Shown here: in pieces, positions 9,444 through 19,912 of the stretch
How positions within the stretch are numbered: position 1 is the stretch's first letter
Layout: each line of letters begins with the position of its first letter
IMG/VR virus record: IMGVR_UViG_3300046787_000408
Span: 235,984-299,983 of that record
Reading direction: 5' to 3' (one strand)
DNA: 64,000 nucleotides
Notes under the pieces: generated by a model
Databases searched by the model: none
Told to the model about the DNA's origin: nothing
Seen by the model: the letters and a program-made list of their open reading frames with translations, nothing else
Position numbers and translations under genes: made by a program

Positions 9444-11471
9444 ATGTTTGTAGATGACCTCTTTGACCAAAAAACACTAACTGAAGCCCAAGGCGGCGGC
9501 AGTCCTTGGCACTCAGAACCTGAGCAACAGACCATTGACGCTACTCGTCAGGCACGGTTGAATCGCGAGCGTGAACCTGCTGGCAGTGATGCTATTGATG
9601 CTAGACTACGAGCACAAAATGATCAGTTGGCACAGTATGCACAAACAGGCAACTTTTGGATCAAGCGCAAAGACACACAAGAACACATTAGTGATGCCAT
9701 GGTAGGCAAGGCTGCTGCTGTGGCTGCTGCACAGGACATGTTGAAACAACAACCTGACTTGCGTGGCAACATTGTGATCACAGCATATGGTCCGGGTGAA
9801 ACTCAAGGTGTGGCGGAAGGCGCCGGGATACCAACCGATTGGATGGGAGTCCCTACTAGATTGTCCAAGAACGACAAGAAGCCAATCAAGAGACCATCCG
9901 GGTATGATGAATATATCAAGCGCGGCGCCAAACAAGGATTCCAAGATGATCCTACTAATCCTTTGCGTAAAAAAGTCAAAGAGCAAGGTGTGGCGGAAGG
10001 CATGATGGATAATCCTGGTGAACAAGACTCGCCAGTAGCACAAGCTATCATTCGCAGAATTCTAATGCAGCGTACAGACCTGTTGGCCAAACACGGCCCA
10101 GAAAAAGTTGGACAGGCAGTAGACGAAGTTGCTGACTTTGTGGGCGATGTAGATGAAATTGGATCTAGCGATGTGTCAGGTTGGGTTCGTCATGTTGAGC
10201 AAATGCTGGGCAACATGGGCGAAGGTCTAGCAGAAGGCCAATTAGACGAACTTAGTTTCAAAGACATTCAAAAAAGCGCCAATAAGTTTGCCAAGGGCGC
10301 AAACAAGTTTACAAAAAACGTAGCAGACACCGGTGCTGCCGTAGGCAATGCAGCTGGAGCATTAGGTGGTGCAATCAAACAAGTAGGCAAAACAGCTATT
10401 GCTGATCCAGTAGCTGCAACATACAATGCTACCAAGTCAGGCCTAGGTAAAGCATCCAATGTTGCTGCCAACACATACGGTGACCTAAAAAAAGGTGTAC
10501 AAGCTGTTGGCAAAGCTGGGCAAACCGTTGGCACAGATATTGGAGCAGCAGGCACAGCCGTTGGTAAAGGCATACAAAGTGTAGGTCGTGGAGTTGCCAA
10601 TGTTGCAGGCGGTACTGCTGGAGCATTAGGATCAGTTGCTGGTGGTGCTACTACTGGACTTGGTCGTGCAGCAGCTCGCGGATTCAATACCGGAGTACAA
10701 AATGTAGGCGGCGATGCCATTGACAAAATGCAAACCAACATAATGACTCCCAAAGCTGCTGACATACAGAAACAAATTGCTACCAAGCAAGATGAAATCA
10801 AAGCTTTGCAAGCAACACTGGCTGGTGAACAATCTGCTGCTGCAACGGAACCCAAAGCTGGTATACAAACTGGTGCCACTGCATTAATTGATCCTGACAC
10901 TAAGCGGCCTTACGAAAAAGACAAGCTGGCATCCATGTACGGATACAAAGAACCTGAAGCAGCCGATGCTGATAAAACTCCAGCAGCACCTGCTGCTCAG
11001 CCGCAAGGATTTAGTGCAGCCAATGTGATGAATTTGCCAGGCATGGCAAAGACTGCTGCTAAACCAGCAGCGCCTGCTAAAACAGCCAACTTTGCTGGCC
11101 CTGGCGGATACGGAGCAACTACAACTGGCATCAAGGCTCCGGCTGCACCTAGCTCACCAGCGCTGGCAGCTCCTAAACTACCTGGTGCGCCTCGAGTTAC
11201 TGCTGGTGGACCAACGCCAGCTGAAAAAGCCAATCTTGACAAGCGTATAGCAGCGGCAGCTCCGGCTGTGGCTGAAGCTTTGGCACAAGTTGAACGCATG
11301 TTGGAAAGTGTCAACAGCAAGAAAAGTGCGGAAATGGTCAAGGCTTATGTGGATCAGAGGTTTACAGAACTAGGCCTACGCAACACTACTGAATGCCGTA
11401 GCATCATGGCACGTGTGGTACAAGAATCAGCTATTCGTCGCAGACAATATGCGAAGAGTCTAGCAAAATAA
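9444..11471 (+). CDS. Large Ala/Gly-rich putative virion-internal protein
   Basis: 675 aa; repeated QGVAEG/GLAEG/LDE motifs resembling prohead-protease sites. Confidence 0.7.
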   Translation: MFVDDLFDQKTLTEAQGGGSPWHSEPEQQTIDATRQARLNREREPAGSDAIDARLRAQNDQLAQYAQTGNFWIKRKDTQEHISDAMVGKAAAVAAAQDMLKQQPDLRGNIVITAYGPGETQGVAEGAGIPTDWMGVPTRLSKNDKKPIKRPSGYDEYIKRGAKQGFQDDPTNPLRKKVKEQGVAEGMMDNPGEQDSPVAQAIIRRILMQRTDLLAKHGPEKVGQAVDEVADFVGDVDEIGSSDVSGWVRHVEQMLGNMGEGLAEGQLDELSFKDIQKSANKFAKGANKFTKNVADTGAAVGNAAGALGGAIKQVGKTAIADPVAATYNATKSGLGKASNVAANTYGDLKKGVQAVGKAGQTVGTDIGAAGTAVGKGIQSVGRGVANVAGGTAGALGSVAGGATTGLGRAAARGFNTGVQNVGGDAIDKMQTNIMTPKAADIQKQIATKQDEIKALQATLAGEQSAAATEPKAGIQTGATALIDPDTKRPYEKDKLASMYGYKEPEAADADKTPAAPAAQPQGFSAANVMNLPGMAKTAAKPAAPAKTANFAGPGGYGATTTGIKAPAAPSSPALAAPKLPGAPRVTAGGPTPAEKANLDKRIAAAAPAVAEALAQVERMLESVNSKKSAEMVKAYVDQRFTELGLRNTTECRSIMARVVQESAIRRRQYAKSLAK

Positions 11472-11560
11472 TCACCTTAGGACCGGTACTTGTTACCGCG
11501 GTGAGCCCGGCTGCTGGGCAGAGTAATCCGATTCGCTACCGGAACCTTTAAAGTGAGCAC
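11472..11560 (+). promoter_or_regulatory. Structured intergenic RNA element (three hairpins plus possible pseudoknot)
   Basis: TCACC/GGTGA, CGGTA/TACCG, GCCCGG/CTGGGC, TCCG/CGGA; loop TTCGCT complementary to AGTGAG. Confidence 0.45.
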
Positions 11561-11584
11561 TATCAACTCTTAGATAAATTCATT

Positions 11585-12451
11585 ATGATATTGGAATTTG
11601 TCTTTCCCACAAACCGTATTGAAGTGCAAGTTGACTTGTTGGAAAACCCAGGAGTGCAAGTCTGGACCAACAAGTTTCTAAATAACAATTACACCACCTC
11701 CGTGCTAGCACATGACCACTTGTGGGTTCCCGAAATGGATACTACAAAGTTCAATCATGCTGTAGCTGAGTGTAGCCGCTTGATTGGTCAACTAGTGCAG
11801 TACGGCATAATATATTCAGGACCTGATATCAGCACTGTTGACCACAACACACTTAATCGTGTGCATAGATTTTTTACCCACAACCAGCAACGATGCAATG
11901 TTAGAGATTTTGGCAGCAACTTTGACTATGACTCAGTAATGAGCATGTTGGATAGAGTAAACACTCATGTGCATGAACTAGAAAGTTTTTTGCCACGTGG
12001 ACCAGCTGATATTCCAGTTACACAAATTGAAGAAATAAAACTATATCATCCTACTCAGTATGGTACTTCTGATTGGATTGATTTGACTGGCTATCGTCAG
12101 TATCATAGTAGCCAACACCATGACATAATACTCAGTTCAGAAGTACTGGGCAAGACTCTATTACAAAGCTACCTGGACCAAGACGATCCAACTGACTGGG
12201 ATACCTCGGGACACTATGTGTCTGCTGGTGGATTACAAATTGCTTACTTGCCAACCCGACAGCAAATCTATCAAAGCAACAGTTTCAAGCAATGGCTTGC
12301 CCAATACAATGCTGACCCAGTTGATCTAATGTATGATTTTCCTATTGGTAACATACAGGATCGGGACACGGGTCCATTCCAGCAAGTACTAGCTGAACTG
12401 GATCATTGCAAATTTAGCGATGTGACAGTGAATTACAGAAAGAAAACATGA
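11585..12451 (+). CDS. Hypothetical protein
   Basis: 288-aa ORF. Confidence 0.7.
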   Translation: MILEFVFPTNRIEVQVDLLENPGVQVWTNKFLNNNYTTSVLAHDHLWVPEMDTTKFNHAVAECSRLIGQLVQYGIIYSGPDISTVDHNTLNRVHRFFTHNQQRCNVRDFGSNFDYDSVMSMLDRVNTHVHELESFLPRGPADIPVTQIEEIKLYHPTQYGTSDWIDLTGYRQYHSSQHHDIILSSEVLGKTLLQSYLDQDDPTDWDTSGHYVSAGGLQIAYLPTRQQIYQSNSFKQWLAQYNADPVDLMYDFPIGNIQDRDTGPFQQVLAELDHCKFSDVTVNYRKKT

Positions 12452-13536
12452 AATACTACTGCTCAGACCAGTTCAAGACCATGCATATACGCAGCACCAA
12501 CTCAGGGCAAGTGCTTGTGAGTCCGTGTTGTGCAGCACAAACTGACCCAGTGGTGGCTGACAAATTTGATTTTGCTACCAACGAGTTTTTGCAGCAGACA
12601 AGACAACATGCTGTTGATGATACTCCTGCGCCTGCTTGCAGCAACTGCTGGCGCCAAGAAGCACAAAATCCGCCTAGCCGTAGATTTTTCAGCAATCAAA
12701 ACAAAAGCCAAGACATTCGTGTTGAACTCAATCGCATTGATGTGACCACGCAAAATGTATGCAATTTGGCTTGCATTATGTGCAGTAGCTACAGCAGCAG
12801 CACGTGGGCACGTGAAGAAGGCTTAACTGATCAAGACTACAGCTTTGAAGACAAGCTACAACTGTTTCGTAGACTGGACTTTTCTCATGTGTACCAAATG
12901 CATTTCACTGGTGGCGAACCGCTAATGAGCACTGAGCATTTGAAAATGCTAGGCATCTATGCAGAATCTTCGCCACTAAGTCAACTGCACATCAGCTACA
13001 ACACCAATGGTACATTCTTTCCTGATCAACGTGTGTTGGATACATGGAGTCAGGTTAAAGCCATAGATCTTGTGATCAGTTTAGACGCAACTGGTGCCGC
13101 ATGCGAACTTATACGCTGGCCAGCTAAGTGGGAACAAATTGCTGCCAACATTGCTCAATTCTTTGAATTACGAACCCAAATGCCACACTTGAAAATTGGG
13201 TTCATTAGTTGTGCCAGTAACTACAATCTATTTGAGTTAGCAAATGTAATAGACTTTGTACACAGTCATGATCCTGATCTCACTGTGCATTTTCAAGTCA
13301 ACCACAAGCCGTACTTTGCGCCAGCCTTGATTCCGCCCGAAATGGTGGAGCCAGTAATAGCTCGATTGGCGGCATATCCAGAATTAGCAAACTTGCTGCC
13401 CACAGCTCAGACTCAGTTGGATCATGCTCGTTATCAAAGAGAAATTACAACCTACCATCGATTAATGGCCGAAATGGAAACCAGACGTGGCACAGATTGG
13501 AGATCAGTGTTGCAAATTGGCAAGTACATGAGTTGA
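12448..13536 (+). CDS. Radical SAM protein with extra N-terminal Cys motifs
   Basis: CNLACIMC; FTGGEP; YNTNGT. Confidence 0.85.
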   Translation: MKYYCSDQFKTMHIRSTNSGQVLVSPCCAAQTDPVVADKFDFATNEFLQQTRQHAVDDTPAPACSNCWRQEAQNPPSRRFFSNQNKSQDIRVELNRIDVTTQNVCNLACIMCSSYSSSTWAREEGLTDQDYSFEDKLQLFRRLDFSHVYQMHFTGGEPLMSTEHLKMLGIYAESSPLSQLHISYNTNGTFFPDQRVLDTWSQVKAIDLVISLDATGAACELIRWPAKWEQIAANIAQFFELRTQMPHLKIGFISCASNYNLFELANVIDFVHSHDPDLTVHFQVNHKPYFAPALIPPEMVEPVIARLAAYPELANLLPTAQTQLDHARYQREITTYHRLMAEMETRRGTDWRSVLQIGKYMS

Positions 13537-13583
13537 TTTTGTTTAGCAATGATGCTACAATAGCAACTCACAAGGAGTATTCT

Positions 13584-13844
13584 ATGGAAGCAAAAACATT
13601 CAACGGTGATCAAAAGATCAAACTGATTCAAATCATCAACGAGGGTATGCAAGTGACTCAAGAAATTGAAACACTCACAGGCGGACTCAATGATACAATC
13701 AAAGCAGTAGCAGAAGAACTGGAAATCAAACCAGGTGTTTTGAAAAAGGCTATCAAGCTGGCACACAAGGCTGAATTTGGTAAAGCCAAGCAAGACCATG
13801 AGCTGCTGGAAACAATTTTGGAAACCGTTGGCAAAACACTATAA
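13584..13844 (+). CDS. Small dsDNA-binding protein (T4 DsbA/GapR-like)
   Basis: 86-aa helical protein; SD AAGGAG; directly upstream of DNA polymerase. Confidence 0.55.
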   Translation: MEAKTFNGDQKIKLIQIINEGMQVTQEIETLTGGLNDTIKAVAEELEIKPGVLKKAIKLAHKAEFGKAKQDHELLETILETVGKTL

Positions 13845-13916
13845 GTACTGTTTTACACAGCGAGTCGCTCACGTTACGAGCATGAATCACGGCTTACCGG
13901 CCATAAACGGAGAACA

Positions 13917-16580
13917 ATGAGTTATATTGACGCACTATATGATCGTGAGCACGATCGCATCCACACAGTAGAACGCCGAGAAGGCAAGCGAGTGTATCGC
14001 GAATTCCCGGCCAACTATATCTTTTATTACGACGACCCGCGTGGCAAGTTCCGCAGTATCTATGACACTCCGGTGTCACGATTTAGCACACGCAACAACA
14101 AGGAATTTCGCAAAGAAGTTCGCATGCACTCGGGCAAGCAGTTGTATGAGTCGGATATCAATCCCATCTTTAGATGCTTGGAAGAAAATTACAAAGACCA
14201 AGATGCTCCTGAACTGCATACAGCGTTTTTCGACATTGAAGTAGATTTTCACAAGGACAAGGGTTTCTCACCAGTGGAGGATCCGTTCAACCCAATCACT
14301 GCTATATCAGTTTACTTGAACTGGATGGACCAATTGGTTACCTTGGCTGTTCCTCCTCGACACATGAGTATGGAGACTGCCCAAGAACTAGTAGCTGAGT
14401 TTGAAAACACATTCTTGTTTGAGAAAGAAGAGGACATGCTTAAAATGTTCTTGGACTTGATTGATGATGCAGATGTGCTCAGTGGCTGGAACTCAGAAGG
14501 CTATGATATTCCTTACACAGTGAATCGTATCACTAGGGTGCTCAGCAAGGATGATACTCGCAAGTTTTGTTTGTGGGGGCAGATACCTAAAAAGCGTATG
14601 TTTGAACGTTTTGGTGCAGAACAAGAAACATATGACCTGGTAGGCCGTGTGCATATGGACTATATGCAACTGTACCGCAAATACACTTACGAAGAACGTC
14701 ATAGCTATAGCTTGGATGCTATTGCTGAATACGAACTAGGCGATCGAAAAACACAGTTTGAAGGTACCTTGGATCAGTTGTACAACCAACACTTTAAAAA
14801 GTTTATTGAGTACAACCGTCAAGATACTGCACTGTTGGACAAGCTGGACAAGAAGTTACGCTTTCTTGAACTTGCAAGTGAACTGGCACACGCTAACACT
14901 GTGCTGTTGCAAACCACTATGGGTGCTGTGGCTGTGACCGAGCAGGCCATTATCAATGAAGCACATGAACGTGGTATGGTGGTGCCAAACCGTCAGCAAC
15001 GAAATGACAGTGCAGACAATCAGGCCGCTGGTGCTTATGTGGCTTATCCACGCAAGGGTCTACATGAGTGGGTAGGATCGGTAGACATTAACTCACTATA
15101 CCCATCAGCAATTCGCGCCATGAACATGGGCCCAGAAACAGTGGTTGGACAGTTGCGTCCTGTAATGACTGATCAGTATATCAAGACTCAGTTGTCCAAG
15201 AACGGTGGCAAGTTTGCTGAAGCCTGGGAAGGCTTGTTTGGTAGCCTTGAGTACACCGCTGTGATGAACACAGAAATTGGTACAGAGATTATTATTGACT
15301 GGCAGGATGGTACAGAAAGCACTCACTCAGCCGCTGAAATCTGGAAGATCATATTTGATAGTCACCAGCCTTGGATTCTCACTGCCAACGGAACTATTCT
15401 TACCTATGAGAAGAAAGGTATCATCCCGGGCTTGCTGGAACGTTGGTACTCAGAGCGTAAGGAAATGCAAGCCAAGAAGAAGCAAGCAACAGACCCCAAG
15501 GACATTGCGTTCTGGGACAAGCGGCAGCTGGTCAAGAAGATTAACTTGAACAGTTTGTACGGTGCTATTCTAAACCCTGGTTGTAGATTCTTCGACAAAC
15601 GTATTGGACAGTCAACTACGCTGACTGGTCGTGCAATTGCAAAACATATGGATGCACACATCAATGAGTGTATTACTGGAAAGTATGACCATGTGGGCGA
15701 AGCAGTGATCTATGGTGATACTGACTCTTGCTATTTTTCAGCGTGGCCTGTGTTAAAAGCTGAAGTGGAACAAGGTCGTATGGAGTGGAGTAAGGAAACT
15801 TGCATCGCACTGTATGATTCAATTGCCGATCAAGTCAACGACAGCTTTCCGGGCTTTATGGAACAAGCGTTTCATTGCCCCAGAGAAATGGGCGAGCTGA
15901 TCAAGTGTGGTCGAGAAACTGTGGCTGATCGTGGATTGTTTATTACCAAGAAACGATACGCTGTCAACGCTATTGATATTGAGAACAAGCGATTGGACGT
16001 GGATGGCAAAATTGGCAAGACCAAAGCCACTGGACTTGATCTCAAGAGGTCTGACACTCCCAAGGTTATTCAGGAATTCTTGCTAGAAGTTTTGAACAAG
16101 CTGTTGGCCGGAGCTCAACGTGACGAACTGATTGAACACATTCGTGCTTTCAAATACGAGTTTGCAGAGCGCCCAGGTTGGGAGAAAGGTTCGCCCAAGC
16201 GTGTTAATAACTTGACCAAGTATGCTGCTGAAGAAACTAGACTGGGCAAAGCCAACATGCCTGGACATGTGCGAGCTGCTATCAACTGGAACAACATGCG
16301 CAGAATGAACGGTGACAACTACTCAATGCAGATCGTTGACGGTATGAAGACCATTGTGTGCAAGTTGAAGTCTAATGCACTGGGATGGACCAGCATTGGT
16401 TACCCCACAGACGAGCAGAGACTACCAACTTGGTTTACTGAGTTGCCGTTTGACAATGCTCTAATGGAGGCCACTGTTGTGGACCAAAAGGTTGACAACT
16501 TGCTGGGCGTGTTGGCATGGGACTTGGCTTCTGCTACCAATACAGAAAACACCTTTACTAGTTTGTTTGATTTTGAATGA
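13917..16580 (+). CDS. Family B DNA polymerase
   Basis: Exonuclease motifs FDIE and GWNSEGYD; polymerase motifs DINSLYPS, KINLNSLYG, YGDTDS. Confidence 0.97.
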   Translation: MSYIDALYDREHDRIHTVERREGKRVYREFPANYIFYYDDPRGKFRSIYDTPVSRFSTRNNKEFRKEVRMHSGKQLYESDINPIFRCLEENYKDQDAPELHTAFFDIEVDFHKDKGFSPVEDPFNPITAISVYLNWMDQLVTLAVPPRHMSMETAQELVAEFENTFLFEKEEDMLKMFLDLIDDADVLSGWNSEGYDIPYTVNRITRVLSKDDTRKFCLWGQIPKKRMFERFGAEQETYDLVGRVHMDYMQLYRKYTYEERHSYSLDAIAEYELGDRKTQFEGTLDQLYNQHFKKFIEYNRQDTALLDKLDKKLRFLELASELAHANTVLLQTTMGAVAVTEQAIINEAHERGMVVPNRQQRNDSADNQAAGAYVAYPRKGLHEWVGSVDINSLYPSAIRAMNMGPETVVGQLRPVMTDQYIKTQLSKNGGKFAEAWEGLFGSLEYTAVMNTEIGTEIIIDWQDGTESTHSAAEIWKIIFDSHQPWILTANGTILTYEKKGIIPGLLERWYSERKEMQAKKKQATDPKDIAFWDKRQLVKKINLNSLYGAILNPGCRFFDKRIGQSTTLTGRAIAKHMDAHINECITGKYDHVGEAVIYGDTDSCYFSAWPVLKAEVEQGRMEWSKETCIALYDSIADQVNDSFPGFMEQAFHCPREMGELIKCGRETVADRGLFITKKRYAVNAIDIENKRLDVDGKIGKTKATGLDLKRSDTPKVIQEFLLEVLNKLLAGAQRDELIEHIRAFKYEFAERPGWEKGSPKRVNNLTKYAAEETRLGKANMPGHVRAAINWNNMRRMNGDNYSMQIVDGMKTIVCKLKSNALGWTSIGYPTDEQRLPTWFTELPFDNALMEATVVDQKVDNLLGVLAWDLASATNTENTFTSLFDFE

Positions 16581-17518
16581 AACTCAGTAGCATTGTACAT
16601 TATCGCAATCAACTGGACACTATGAGCGTAAAGCTCATATGTGCCCAAGCTGAGCATGAGCTGTCGGCTGTTGATCACTTGGTGTCCAGTCAAGAACACG
16701 ACATTGGATTTTACAAAGCTCGTATTGCCAAACGGTTAAGTGTGGTAAACGAATCCTTTGAACAGTTTGCCAAAGTGTATGACGGATTGAAAGCAGAGCT
16801 AGAAGCAGCAATACAAAAACAACAAGCGGCATACTTTCAAGAAAGCACAAAGCTGTATCATCACAGCATACGCCATGAACCCACAGACAATACTCTAAAT
16901 CGTCGCTTGTCCATTGACGATGACAGTAATTTGTTGTTGCGTACTAGACTTCGTAACTACACTGATTGGCGCATTCCAGGCATGATTATTCGTCCAGGCC
17001 TTGAAACATTCATTGAAGATCTGGTGCCCTTGGATCCGCTGTATGTGGTAGACCATGCTCAGGACCTGATTGATCCTGCCGTTATGGGATTCAACGAAAC
17101 ATATCGTGCTCGGCTGAGACAGTATGTGATCAACGAAGACAACGATAAAATTCTAGGCGATATGCCTGACAACCAGTTTGGATTGATATTTGCTTACAAC
17201 TATTTCAATTACAAACCCATGGAACTGATTGAAAGGTACCTTGCTGAATCGTATGAAAAATTACGAACTGGTGGCACCTTGGTCATGACCTACAACAACT
17301 GCGATCGAGCACACGGAGTTAAACTAGCAGAACGAAAATTCATGTGTTACACTCCGGAATCGCAAATTATAAAAATTGCCGAAACTATTGGATTTGATGT
17401 GATTTTTCAGCACACTGGATCTGGAGATTTGGCTTGGTTAGAACTGCGAAGGCCTGGCGAGATTGTTTCATTGCGCGGTGGACAAACTTTAGCCAAAGTT
17501 GTTGCACGATCTAAATAA
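16577..17518 (+). CDS. Coiled-coil plus methyltransferase-like fold protein
   Basis: C-terminal FGLIFAYNYFNY...LRTGGTLV resembles class I SAM-MTase motifs. Confidence 0.5.
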   Translation: MKLSSIVHYRNQLDTMSVKLICAQAEHELSAVDHLVSSQEHDIGFYKARIAKRLSVVNESFEQFAKVYDGLKAELEAAIQKQQAAYFQESTKLYHHSIRHEPTDNTLNRRLSIDDDSNLLLRTRLRNYTDWRIPGMIIRPGLETFIEDLVPLDPLYVVDHAQDLIDPAVMGFNETYRARLRQYVINEDNDKILGDMPDNQFGLIFAYNYFNYKPMELIERYLAESYEKLRTGGTLVMTYNNCDRAHGVKLAERKFMCYTPESQIIKIAETIGFDVIFQHTGSGDLAWLELRRPGEIVSLRGGQTLAKVVARSK

Positions 17519-17549
17519 ACCCTGTATACTTAAACATTAGGAGAAACTT

Positions 17550-18272
17550 ATGAGAGACTGTCTTTTAGACTTGGTAGAGCACACTTTTGACCTTGGTTGT
17601 ATTGACCTTGTGAAGATTGTTGGCGACGACAAAACTACTCAAATCAGCGGCTTGGCCGAAGACTTGAGCGTGGTAGTGCAAGGCAACTACCACAACCCTG
17701 TAGCCGACTTTGTGGGCACATTTGGTATGCCCAACCTCAACAAGCTCAAGACCTTGTTGAACTTGCAGGAATATCGTGAGGACGCTAAATTGGCAATTAC
17801 TCATCGTAATCCCGGAGAGCCGGACGGTATCAACTTTGAAAACAAGCACGGCGATTTCAAGAACAACTATCGTTTTATGACGTCTAGTGTGGTAAGTGAA
17901 AAACTTAAAACTGCCAAGATGAAACCAGTGAACTGGCATATTGAGTTTGAACCCACAAACGCCAGCATTCAGCGACTGAAGTGGCAAATGAGTGCCAACG
18001 TTGAAGAACCAACTTTTCAAGTCAAGACTGAAGGCACTGACCTTAAGTTTTACTTTGGTGATCACTCAACGCATGCTGGTAACTTTGTGTTCCAAGCTGG
18101 GGTCACAGGTCAACTCAAACGTGCTTGGAGCTACCCAGCCAAGCAGTTTGCTAGCATCATGGATCTCAACGGTGACAAAGTGGTACGTATCAGTGACGAC
18201 GGTGCTGCTCAGATCACAGTAGATTCTGGTATTGCAGTGTACAACTACATCCTCCCAGCACAAAGCAAGTAA
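17550..18272 (+). CDS. Putative sliding clamp (gp45-like)
   Basis: 240 aa, beta-rich two-domain pattern, replication context; strong SD AGGAG. Confidence 0.5.
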   Translation: MRDCLLDLVEHTFDLGCIDLVKIVGDDKTTQISGLAEDLSVVVQGNYHNPVADFVGTFGMPNLNKLKTLLNLQEYREDAKLAITHRNPGEPDGINFENKHGDFKNNYRFMTSSVVSEKLKTAKMKPVNWHIEFEPTNASIQRLKWQMSANVEEPTFQVKTEGTDLKFYFGDHSTHAGNFVFQAGVTGQLKRAWSYPAKQFASIMDLNGDKVVRISDDGAAQITVDSGIAVYNYILPAQSK

Positions 18273-19912
18273 TGGCACAAGACAACCTAACGGCTAAACA
18301 AACAGGTACTGATGGCAGAAGTCAGTACGCTGTATTCTTGCCAGCTATTAGTGGTTTTTATGCTACATTTGTGGGCCGTCAAAGAAACGAACAGTATGTA
18401 GATCCTGCTCGTTTCCCCAAGGGTCTTACAGACATGGAACAGATGAATTGGCTTGATAGTCAAAAAGCTTTGTTTCCGTATCGTTGGAGTTTGTACTCAG
18501 GTGGTCATGCCAACTTGGATTTGGCCAAGCAAGACTGGAGTGAGGACATGGTTCGTAATCGCGAACCTGGCACCTTTATCTTGGGCGACTCTGGAGGATT
18601 CCAGATTGCCAAGGGCTTGTGGGAAGGCGACTGGAAAGCCAACTCAGGATGCCCCAAAGCACAAAAAAAGCGTGATGGTGTACTCAAGTGGTTGGATAAC
18701 ATTGCTGACTACGGCATGATCCTTGATATTCCTACCTGGGTTATTCACAGCAAAGAAGCCAGCAAAGCCTGCGGTATTACTACGCTACAAGAAGCAGTTG
18801 ATGCTACCAAGTTCAACAACGAGTACTTTATGAAACACCGTCGTGGTGTCAAGAATGGTGGTGCAAGATTCTTGAACGTGCTACAAGGCGACAATCATAC
18901 CAGTGCAGAAGATTGGTACCAGCTCATGAAGGACTACTGCGACCCTGTCAAGTATCCTGACACGCACTTTGACGGTTGGAGTATGGGTGGCCAGAACATG
19001 TGTGATGTTCACTTGGTACTAAAGCGCTTGGTAGCATTGCGTTACGACAACTTGTTACAAGAAGGCAAGCATGATTGGATGCACTTCTTGGGCACAAGTA
19101 AACTGGAGTGGGCAGTTCTACTCACAGTTATTCAGCGAGCTGTGAGAAAATATGTTAACCCTGCTTTTACTATCTCTTTTGATTGTGCTAGTCCATTCCT
19201 TGCAACGGCGAACGGGCAAGTCTATTTTGAAAACGTCTTTGAGAACGATTCTAAGTGGAGCTACAGAATGGCGCCGTCGGCAGACGACAAAAAGTACTCA
19301 ACAGACACCCGCAAGTGGTCGGACGGAGTAGTTCAAGACGGAATTTATCCACGCTGGGAAGACAGCCCTATTAGCGATATGCTAACAATGAAGGACATCT
19401 GTATCTACAAAGCTGGTACTCCCAAGCCAGGCGTTGTTATTACAGAAGAAAACTTCCGCGATCCCGAACTGTATGATGTGCTGCCAGATCAAAACAAAAA
19501 CGGTAAGTGGGGCAAAACATCATGGGACAGTTTCAGTTATGCATTGCTCATGGGCCACAACGTTTGGATGCATTTGACTGCGGTACAAGAAGCCAATCGT
19601 CGATTTGACGCAGGAGAGCGTCCGGCCATGATGCAGCGTGACGGTGGCGACTATGACAAGTTTGAAGACATTGTAGAAGCTATTTTTGCAGCACCAGATC
19701 GCGAAAGTGCAGAAGCCATAATTGAGCATTACGATTCATACTGGATGGAAATTGTGGGCACTCGTGGGTTCAAAGGTAAAAAAGCCAAGAATGCACGTAC
19801 TCAGTTTAATGCGTTATTTGATTTTGAAGAACCTGAGGTTGAACAATTAGTTGATGATAGTGTACAATTAGACAACAACAAACTTGATCAACTTGAGCAG
19901 GATCAGCAATGA
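18272..19912 (+). CDS. TGT-superfamily transglycosylase (DpdA-like)
   Basis: GDSGGFQ, NVLQG, MHFLG, ISFD motifs; clustered with folE/queD/queE. Confidence 0.75.
   Translation: MAQDNLTAKQTGTDGRSQYAVFLPAISGFYATFVGRQRNEQYVDPARFPKGLTDMEQMNWLDSQKALFPYRWSLYSGGHANLDLAKQDWSEDMVRNREPGTFILGDSGGFQIAKGLWEGDWKANSGCPKAQKKRDGVLKWLDNIADYGMILDIPTWVIHSKEASKACGITTLQEAVDATKFNNEYFMKHRRGVKNGGARFLNVLQGDNHTSAEDWYQLMKDYCDPVKYPDTHFDGWSMGGQNMCDVHLVLKRLVALRYDNLLQEGKHDWMHFLGTSKLEWAVLLTVIQRAVRKYVNPAFTISFDCASPFLATANGQVYFENVFENDSKWSYRMAPSADDKKYSTDTRKWSDGVVQDGIYPRWEDSPISDMLTMKDICIYKAGTPKPGVVITEENFRDPELYDVLPDQNKNGKWGKTSWDSFSYALLMGHNVWMHLTAVQEANRRFDAGERPAMMQRDGGDYDKFEDIVEAIFAAPDRESAEAIIEHYDSYWMEIVGTRGFKGKKAKNARTQFNALFDFEEPEVEQLVDDSVQLDNNKLDQLEQDQQ

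Noticed and set aside
10268-11341. Long minus-strand ORFs
   Set aside because: Shadows of the Ala/Gly-rich plus-strand gene.
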